A stretch of 64,000 bases of DNA from positions 36,168-100,167 of the forward strand of contig CAZJVP010000101.1 in the NCBI GenBank assembly GCA_964549615.1, in the 5' to 3' direction. Position numbers and translations under genes: made by a program. Position 1 is the stretch's first letter; each line of letters starts with the position of its first letter. Positions 57,713-64,000 of the stretch are shown here, piece by piece. Under the pieces are notes generated by a model, which ran no database searches, had not been told where the DNA came from, and saw only the letters and a list, made by a program, of their open reading frames with translations. This DNA comes from an uncultured Thermococci archaeon (GTDB lineage Archaea > CAYQAE01 > CAYVLA01).

Positions 57713-58531
57713 ATGCGGGAGTGCGTGGATGAAAGACGGCGGTCCGAAAAAGAACGGGACAGCGTGAACGTGGCCATGAAGGTTGATCGTATGAACAGCG
57801 TAACGAGCCGCATGATGCCTTTGGACTATGGCCTCTCCTACATTCACTCCGCGGAGTTCAACTCCGTCAGGTTCTTGGTGGAGAGCAGGACCCGGCTGAT
57901 GGATGAACGCTCGGGCAGGTGGATCGACTATCATCAGTGTGCCTCATGCAAGAGCGAGAACACGTTCGCGGAAAGGGATCTTTTCCGCAAGGATAACTAT
58001 GACTTCCTTCCGATCTTCGGCGAGGGGTATGTGCTGATCTTTCGCCGACCCGCTGGGCTGAGCGACCGGTACAGGCAGGTTTGCAGATACGAGGATCTAT
58101 GGGGGCAGCCAATCCTGAAGCTCAGGGAAGCGAGGGGCGCAAGGATTCTGGACGCTTGGCAAGCCGTCCTGGATGCCACCTCCGACGGATTGCCGATCGT
58201 GGCACAAACCGAGGTATGGGATGCCCAGACGAGGCTGCGGGCCATAATGGAATACCCCGTGAAGACCATGAACATCTCGCGCGGCCGCAGAATGTATCAG
58301 GTTGACACCGGTCCCGTTGCCCTGCCCGATCTGACCAAGAGATACCAACGACAGATCGAGTGTCTGAGCCTTGCCTATGTCGCCTTCAACGCCCCGACAT
58401 TCTCCGATTTCGTCGTTGAGCAGCCCACGCCGGTCACGGGCACGGAGGGGTGCAGGGTGTACCATTACTCGAATCCATTCAGCCTGCGCGCCGAGAACAG
58501 GCTCTTTGCCCTCGATCGTCCGGGGGACTAG
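57713..58531 (+). CDS. Hypothetical protein
   Basis: Long ORF with conserved-looking motifs (LDYGLS, CASCKSENTF, YDFLPIF, EYPVKTMN, YQVDTGP). Start may be 57776 or later. Confidence 0.65.
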   Translation: MRECVDERRRSEKERDSVNVAMKVDRMNSVTSRMMPLDYGLSYIHSAEFNSVRFLVESRTRLMDERSGRWIDYHQCASCKSENTFAERDLFRKDNYDFLPIFGEGYVLIFRRPAGLSDRYRQVCRYEDLWGQPILKLREARGARILDAWQAVLDATSDGLPIVAQTEVWDAQTRLRAIMEYPVKTMNISRGRRMYQVDTGPVALPDLTKRYQRQIECLSLAYVAFNAPTFSDFVVEQPTPVTGTEGCRVYHYSNPFSLRAENRLFALDRPGD

Positions 58532-58658
58532 CGGTTCCGATCAGGGCGGGATGAAGGCTTTTTAACGTGCGGCCCTGCAGAGGCGGTGCCTGGAGGTCTA
58601 GCATACGGCGACCCGGGGATGTGCGTGACGCCCCTCTGCGATCGAAGGAGGTTCGCGC

Positions 58659-59306
58659 CTGTCAGATTGGGATGAGCTTCTGAGGCGAGAGGAGTACCGC
58701 TGGAAGGACCCTCATCCCAGCGTTTCGGAGCTGGCTCAGGAACTCAAGGATAGGCGCTGGGCCAGGGTCCTAGATCTTGGCTGCGGCGCGGGTCGCCACA
58801 CCGTCTACCTTTCACGACTTGGCCTCACTGTGGTGGGGATGGACCCAGCGTTGAGCGGGCTGGCCTACGCCGCGGTTTGGCTCAGGTCGGAGGGATTGCC
58901 GAGGCTGCTCTTGCGATCGGACATGAGGGCCGTGCCGCTCAAGAGTGGAACCTTTGACTGCGTGATCTCGACATACGTGCTCCACCACGGAACGTTGGCG
59001 ATGATAGACAGGGCCTTCCAAGAGGTTCGGCGCCTTCTGGTGCGTGGCGGGATCCTTCTCGCCCTGGTGCAATCCAAGCAGGACTGGAAGTACAGGATCG
59101 GAAGGCAAGTGGAGACCGATACATTCGTGCCCGACGTTGGCGATGAGGCCGGCCTGCTTCACCACTTCTTTGACCGGCGGGGCATCGAGGATCTGCTCCG
59201 CGGATTCTCGATCCTCAGGATCGCACCGGAAGAGTGGTACGAAAAACTGCCCAGCGGCCGAACGATCCGCCACGGGCACTGGGATGTGCTTGCCGAGAAG
59301 GAATGA
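58659..59306 (+). CDS. Class I SAM-dependent methyltransferase, apparent CTG start
   Basis: Motif I VLDLGCGAGRH lies upstream of the track's 58830 start; in-frame TGA at 58626; SD GGAGGT at 58647-58652, then CTG at 58659. Confidence 0.8.
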   Translation: MSDWDELLRREEYRWKDPHPSVSELAQELKDRRWARVLDLGCGAGRHTVYLSRLGLTVVGMDPALSGLAYAAVWLRSEGLPRLLLRSDMRAVPLKSGTFDCVISTYVLHHGTLAMIDRAFQEVRRLLVRGGILLALVQSKQDWKYRIGRQVETDTFVPDVGDEAGLLHHFFDRRGIEDLLRGFSILRIAPEEWYEKLPSGRTIRHGHWDVLAEKE

Positions 59307-59308
59307 CC

Positions 59309-60100
59309 TCAACGGCCTGCTTTGCCAGTGGGTTTCTGCGACGAGCCAGACGGCCTTCCAATCCTCTCCTGCCTGAGCTTCTCGTAGACCAACACGGAAC
59401 ACGCGACGCTCAGGTTCAGGGAGGAGACCATGCCGGACATCGGGATGCTGACGATCTCGTCGCACCTTCGGACGATGGGCTCGGGCAGGCGTCGGTCCTC
59501 CCCTCCCAGGACGAAGGCGATGCCTCCCCTCAGGTCGGCCTCATGGTAGAGCTTGGGTGCCTCCATGTCTGCCCCGACGATGCGCAGGCCCTCGGACTTG
59601 AGCAGCTTGAGGGCCGAGTAGGGGCTCTCCCTGATGACCGGGGTGAAGAGGGCGGCACCCATCGATATTCTTATCACGTCCGGCGTGACGGGGTCCCTGC
59701 GGGTTCTGGGCACGATGATTCCCTGCACGCCCGCTGCATTGGCCGTCCGCGCGATGGCGCCTAGGTTCTGTCTGTAGTCCACCTGGCCAAGCATCAGCAG
59801 GAATGGGTTCGTGCCCGTCTCCCTGCACTGCCTCAGAAGCTGCGGCAGGGTCCTCGGCAGAGTGGGGGGCTCGACGAGGGCGATGACGGGGATGTTCCGC
59901 GCCCCGAAGGGGCAGATCTTCTGAAGCGTTGCCCCGTCGACCCTATTGAGTGGAATGCGCTTGGAGCCTGCAGTCGAGACGATCTCCGCGATCTTTTCGT
60001 CCCTGCATGCAGCGGAATCAAGATAGATGGCGCGGACCCTCACTTTGCGGCGGAGGATCTCCAGGACAGCGTTCTTTCCTTGCACAGGGGTCTCCGTCAA
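59309..60100 (-). CDS. TrmH/SpoU-family RNA 2'-O-methyltransferase (RlmB-like)
   Basis: GKNAVLE, QNLGAIARTA, VLGGED, IPMSGMVSSLNLSVA. Confidence 0.88.
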   Translation of the reverse strand: MTETPVQGKNAVLEILRRKVRVRAIYLDSAACRDEKIAEIVSTAGSKRIPLNRVDGATLQKICPFGARNIPVIALVEPPTLPRTLPQLLRQCRETGTNPFLLMLGQVDYRQNLGAIARTANAAGVQGIIVPRTRRDPVTPDVIRISMGAALFTPVIRESPYSALKLLKSEGLRIVGADMEAPKLYHEADLRGGIAFVLGGEDRRLPEPIVRRCDEIVSIPMSGMVSSLNLSVACSVLVYEKLRQERIGRPSGSSQKPTGKAGR

Positions 60101-60282
60101 TTCGTCTCACCGTCCTTTCGCAGGGACCTCCGCTTACGTTGGTTCTCGAACGGGCGGGCAGGCCTGACTGGTCGGCAAGCTTCCGTGCTTAATGCTTTTC
60201 CTGCTGGGATCTCAAGCGCCAGGTCGGTCGCGATCGATCCTCCTGCTGCCCGGTTGTGGCAGCGGTCCTGCTCAAGGGCAAC

Positions 60283-62406
60283 CTACACCAGACGGGCGTT
60301 CAATGGCTCCAGCGATATGACCTCATATTCCTCCAGTCGAGGAATCGAGAGGAGAGCGTCACTTCCGAACCTGCGAAGCCGGAGGTCTCTGCCGAGGTGC
60401 AGGGCCCTTGCCTTCCGAAGGCCTGCGAAGTCGTGTAGGGTGAGCTCTAGGTTTCTGATGCTGACCACCCTTTCCATGGGTCGGGTCATCTCGCCGGTGA
60501 AGTTGATGAGGTGTACAAGCAACCTTGCGTTCCCCGGCTGCGCCCGCAAGACCACTTCCACGCTGGACGGGCAGTCGCGGAGCGACACGAGGGGTTTCGC
60601 CATTGCCTGAGCGGAGTTCGAGACGATCCTCCGGTAGTCCGGGTTGTGATAGCCATGGTAATGCTCGAAGAAGTTGCCCGCGATGTAGAGGCAACGGCCC
60701 TTCCCGTATTTGTTCGACACGATGGCCGGCTTGTCCGACACGGGCGGCAGCTTCGCATACCGCGCGGGCATCTTCTCGCGGTACATCGCGAGGGGAATTG
60801 CGCTCCTTACCAGGACCTCCATGCCGTATGTAGGGCAAGGCAGGAGCGAGGAACTCAGGTCCTGGGTTATGGGCGATCCTAGATCGGTGATCGACATGTA
60901 ATCGAGCTTTAGGGGACCGAAGGTGCCCTTGCCCGCTTCCACCCCGAAGACTCTGGAAAGCGAGAAATCCTCAAGGAGGATTCCGTTTTCGTCGTACCGC
61001 GAGGTCTCGAAGCTGGCAATCAGGTTACCTCCCTCCCGGACGTACCTGTCTATCGCTTTGGCCTTTTTCTGCGAAAGGCAGGCACAGTTGGGCGCAACCA
61101 GGAGGTCGAAGGCGTCAAGGGCCTTAGGGGTGACGGCATCCTCGTCCAGGATGCGGAAGGGGATGTGCGAACGAGCCATAGCCTCGTAGCAGCCCAGGAA
61201 CCCGCTATAGAAGTTGCCGGCCGCCTCGCGCTTCTCCAGGCGTTCGCCTTGCGGCGTGAAGTCGGTGACGGGCACCGTTGCTCGATAATAGTCGGCGGTC
61301 CTGTCCGACCAGAGCAGCGCTACATTGGCCAGCGGCACAGTCGACTCGAAGTACTCGGCGTTGCGCAGGATGAAGTGGTTCATCTCTGCTGCGGCACGGG
61401 CGCCGGCTGCACCGACGCAGTGCAGGGGGATTCCATACCAGGGACTCGCGCCATTGGCGATGGTGTCCGCATACAGCAGCTTGGTCTCGGCCGGGGTTAG
61501 CAGGTACTCATCCCACCCCTTGTTGGCCCCGGCTATGAAGATCACCGTGGGCTTGCCGGCGGCTTGGGTTTCGAGCAGCTTGGCCGTCATCCCGGGCTTC
61601 CAAAGCGGACTTGTTCTGAGGTCGTAGTAAAGGAAGCCGCCCTCAGCACCCAGCATATCTTGGTGGGGGACGAGCCTCCTATTGCTCCTGGCGGCGGGCC
61701 ATGCCGGCCACAGCCCCGTGCAGTTCATGTAGATGATGCAGCCGGGCTTGGCGCTTTTGAGGACGTTTGCGGCGTCGCGCAGGTACTCGGCTATCGAGGC
61801 GTAGCGGAACTCTAGGAACTTCCTCCAAACCGGGTCTTGCCAATCTTCCTTTGCTGGGATCTCTGCGCCGAATCTGGCCCGAAATAGCCTGCGGCAGGAT
61901 TCGCAGTAGCAACCGGCTGGGGCGAATATGGGGCCGTCTAGGAAGATGCCGTCTATGTCGTAGGCCGCCATATCCCTGATCCCCTGAAACGACCAATCCC
62001 GCCACGGGCTGTTGACGCACGGCGCACAGCCGGAGCCGTAGAGATCGTCGATGATGTGACCCCGGCTGTCAACCTGCAGCCAGTCCCGGTGCTTCATGCC
62101 GAACTCAAGCTGCAGCCAGTGAACGTTGTAGTAGATGAGGCTTCTAATCCCCCTCCTCTTCGCCTCGGGCAGGTACTCGCCAAGGAAGTCCCTGGGCACG
62201 CTCTCCGCTATCTTCGTCTTGAAGTAGAATACTCCCTTCTCCCCGCCATACACGTCGCTGCAGCTCAGGTGTTCGGCGTTGAAGCCGAGCCTCCTCTTCA
62301 TCTCAGCCAGTTCCGCGGCGTCCAGGCGCAACACCTCGTCGACCGCATACACGCCGATGTCCGCTATCGTCAGGACCCGCCGCCACCAGGGTTTTTCCTC
62401 GCTCAT
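60283..62406 (-). CDS. GHL6/GH42-like glycoside hydrolase with beta-galactosidase trimerisation domain
   Basis: RDFLGEY, CVNSPW, YDIDGIFLDG, CYCESC zinc-like motif, FDLLVAPN..YVREGGNLIAS, LVHLIN. Confidence 0.75.
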   Translation of the reverse strand: MSEEKPWWRRVLTIADIGVYAVDEVLRLDAAELAEMKRRLGFNAEHLSCSDVYGGEKGVFYFKTKIAESVPRDFLGEYLPEAKRRGIRSLIYYNVHWLQLEFGMKHRDWLQVDSRGHIIDDLYGSGCAPCVNSPWRDWSFQGIRDMAAYDIDGIFLDGPIFAPAGCYCESCRRLFRARFGAEIPAKEDWQDPVWRKFLEFRYASIAEYLRDAANVLKSAKPGCIIYMNCTGLWPAWPAARSNRRLVPHQDMLGAEGGFLYYDLRTSPLWKPGMTAKLLETQAAGKPTVIFIAGANKGWDEYLLTPAETKLLYADTIANGASPWYGIPLHCVGAAGARAAAEMNHFILRNAEYFESTVPLANVALLWSDRTADYYRATVPVTDFTPQGERLEKREAAGNFYSGFLGCYEAMARSHIPFRILDEDAVTPKALDAFDLLVAPNCACLSQKKAKAIDRYVREGGNLIASFETSRYDENGILLEDFSLSRVFGVEAGKGTFGPLKLDYMSITDLGSPITQDLSSSLLPCPTYGMEVLVRSAIPLAMYREKMPARYAKLPPVSDKPAIVSNKYGKGRCLYIAGNFFEHYHGYHNPDYRRIVSNSAQAMAKPLVSLRDCPSSVEVVLRAQPGNARLLVHLINFTGEMTRPMERVVSIRNLELTLHDFAGLRKARALHLGRDLRLRRFGSDALLSIPRLEEYEVISLEPLNARLV

Positions 62407-62550
62407 GCGATGACCTTCTTCAGCTTCCGGAGTTCAGGAGCTCGTCCGCATGCTCGGTGGAAATGGTTTTCGGACGAGGCAATCACTAGGAGATGGGCGA
62501 CTACAGCCTGCCACGTCGGATTTATCAGGACCTTACGCCGAGCATGGTGC

Positions 62551-63966
62551 ATGCACGCAGAGAAGACGAAGTTCGCACTCTGCTTCGCAAACCGGGGCTT
62601 CTTTCCAGCATCCCTCATCGCGGAGGCGAGGGATGAGCTTCCAAGGGTGCTCAAGGGACTTGGCCACGAGGTCCTGATGCTTGAGAAGGACGCCACCCGC
62701 TACGGCGCAGTTGAGACCACGGAGGAAGGAAAAAGATACGCCGAGTTCCTTGCGCGCAACAGGGGCAGTTACGGCGGCGTGATCCTTTGCCTTCCCAACT
62801 TCGGGGACGAGTCTGGGGCGGTAACGGCCCTGAAGGACTGCGGAGTGCCCGTCTTGGTCCAGGCCTACCCGGACGATCTTTCCCGGATGGCGCCCGAGCT
62901 GAGAAGGGACGCGTTCTGCGGCAAGATCTCCATCATGGACGTTTTCCACCAGTACGGGGTCAAGTTCACCGCCCTCAAACCCCATGTGGTGCGGCCCACG
63001 AGCGATCGGTTCAGGGAGAACGTTGACCACTTCGACAGGGTCTGCAGGGTCGTCAACGGGGTCCGGGGCATGATCGTCGGTGCGATCGGCGCTCGTACGA
63101 CGCCCTTCAAGACGGTGCGTGTGGACGAACTAGCGCTGCAGCGCAGCGGGATAACCGTCGAGACATTGGACCTTTCCGACGTGATTTCCCGGGCGAGGGC
63201 AGTCTCGCCTAAATCAACCCCCTACAGGGCGAAGGCCAAGGTGCTAAAAAGCTACGCATCGTGGGAAGGTGTTCCGCACAGGGCATTCGACGGCCTCGTC
63301 AAGCTTGGCGTGGTGCTGGATCAGACCGTCGAGGAATTCGGCATGGATGCGCTGGCCGTCAGGTGCTGGACCGAGCTGCAGAGGGAGCTGGGCATCTCGC
63401 CCTGCGTGCTCCTTGCTGAGATGAACGAGCGCGGCGTGACCGCGGCCTGCGAGGTGGACGTGGGAAGCGCCATAGCCATGCGGGCCCTAAGCCTTGCCTC
63501 CGGGCGCCCGGCGGCCTGCCTTGACTGGAATAACAACTATGGCGATGAGGAGGACAAGTGCATACTCTTCCACTGCGGCCCTGTGCCAGCCTCGCTCATG
63601 GCTGAGAAGGGGCGGATCACAGACCATGCCATCCTGGGGGGCACGGTCGGAAGGGAGCGCAGCTACGGCTGCAATGTGGGTCGCATCGCGCCGGGTGAGT
63701 TCACGTTCGGCAACATGGTGACCGAGGCCGGGCGACTGAAGTTCTACCTCGGCCAGGGCAGGTTCACCAGGGATCCCATACCGGAGGATTTCTTTGGGTG
63801 CGCAGGGGTGGCAGAAATCCAGGGGCTGCAGGACGTGCTGATCCACATCGGGGAAGAAGGCCACAGGCACCACGTTGCCGTCACTCCGGGGTTGGTGTTG
63901 GAGCCCCTTCGGGAGGCCCTTGAGCGGTACCTTGGCTTTCAAGTTGTCGTGCCCCAGCATGGCTAG
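62551..63966 (+). CDS. L-fucose/L-arabinose isomerase family protein
   Basis: NRGFFP, GAVET, LPNFGDE, RRDAFCGKIS, VRCW, ACEVD, LDWNNN, FHCG, HHVA. ATG 62551 lies 30 nt after TTTATC. Confidence 0.85.
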   Translation: MHAEKTKFALCFANRGFFPASLIAEARDELPRVLKGLGHEVLMLEKDATRYGAVETTEEGKRYAEFLARNRGSYGGVILCLPNFGDESGAVTALKDCGVPVLVQAYPDDLSRMAPELRRDAFCGKISIMDVFHQYGVKFTALKPHVVRPTSDRFRENVDHFDRVCRVVNGVRGMIVGAIGARTTPFKTVRVDELALQRSGITVETLDLSDVISRARAVSPKSTPYRAKAKVLKSYASWEGVPHRAFDGLVKLGVVLDQTVEEFGMDALAVRCWTELQRELGISPCVLLAEMNERGVTAACEVDVGSAIAMRALSLASGRPAACLDWNNNYGDEEDKCILFHCGPVPASLMAEKGRITDHAILGGTVGRERSYGCNVGRIAPGEFTFGNMVTEAGRLKFYLGQGRFTRDPIPEDFFGCAGVAEIQGLQDVLIHIGEEGHRHHVAVTPGLVLEPLREALERYLGFQVVVPQHG

Positions 63967-64000
63967 TGCCCCTGGCCAACCGCGGCGGGCCCTGGCTCAC

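Noticed and set aside
62056-62550. N-terminal extension of the fucose isomerase (636-aa ORF)
   Set aside because: It overlaps the opposite-strand hydrolase; family motifs begin after 62551.
1-64000. tRNA, rRNA, CRISPR array, integrase or IS element
   Set aside because: None recognised by eye; tRNAscan-SE and Infernal would be needed to exclude small RNAs in the spacers.

Overview
GC-rich window, almost certainly archaeal. Evidence: archaeal-type ValRS, a short stand-alone ERCC4/XPF nuclease, an MNT-HEPN toxin-antitoxin pair, GGAGGTG-type Shine-Dalgarno sites, and TATA-like boxes about 30 nt upstream of many start codons. The lineage cannot be fixed from sequence alone. Housekeeping genes (valS, hisH, two hisF, carA, tldD/pmbA, TrmH methylase, kdsB) are interleaved with many carbohydrate-active or GH-like enzymes (GH10, DUF6259, heparinase II/III-like, GH42/GHL6-like, a CBM/CARDB surface hydrolase, sugar isomerases) and many predicted surface proteins. 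The main structure not explained by standard annotation: (1) five dispersed paralogues of an uncharacterised membrane-anchored protein (signal peptide, non-catalytic GATase/DUF1355-like head, helical stalk, highly conserved Glu-containing TM helix and RRRLY tail), four of them next to glycan-processing genes; (2) four secreted proteins from three unrelated families sharing a C-terminal 'PE/EP + hydrophobic helix + Arg' archaeosortase-like signal; (3) kdsB coupled to an unknown DHS-like-fold gene; (4) a ValRS whose KMSKS motif reads PMHAS. I found no rRNA, tRNA, CRISPR array, transposase or integrase. All family assignments come from motif recognition by eye, not database searches.
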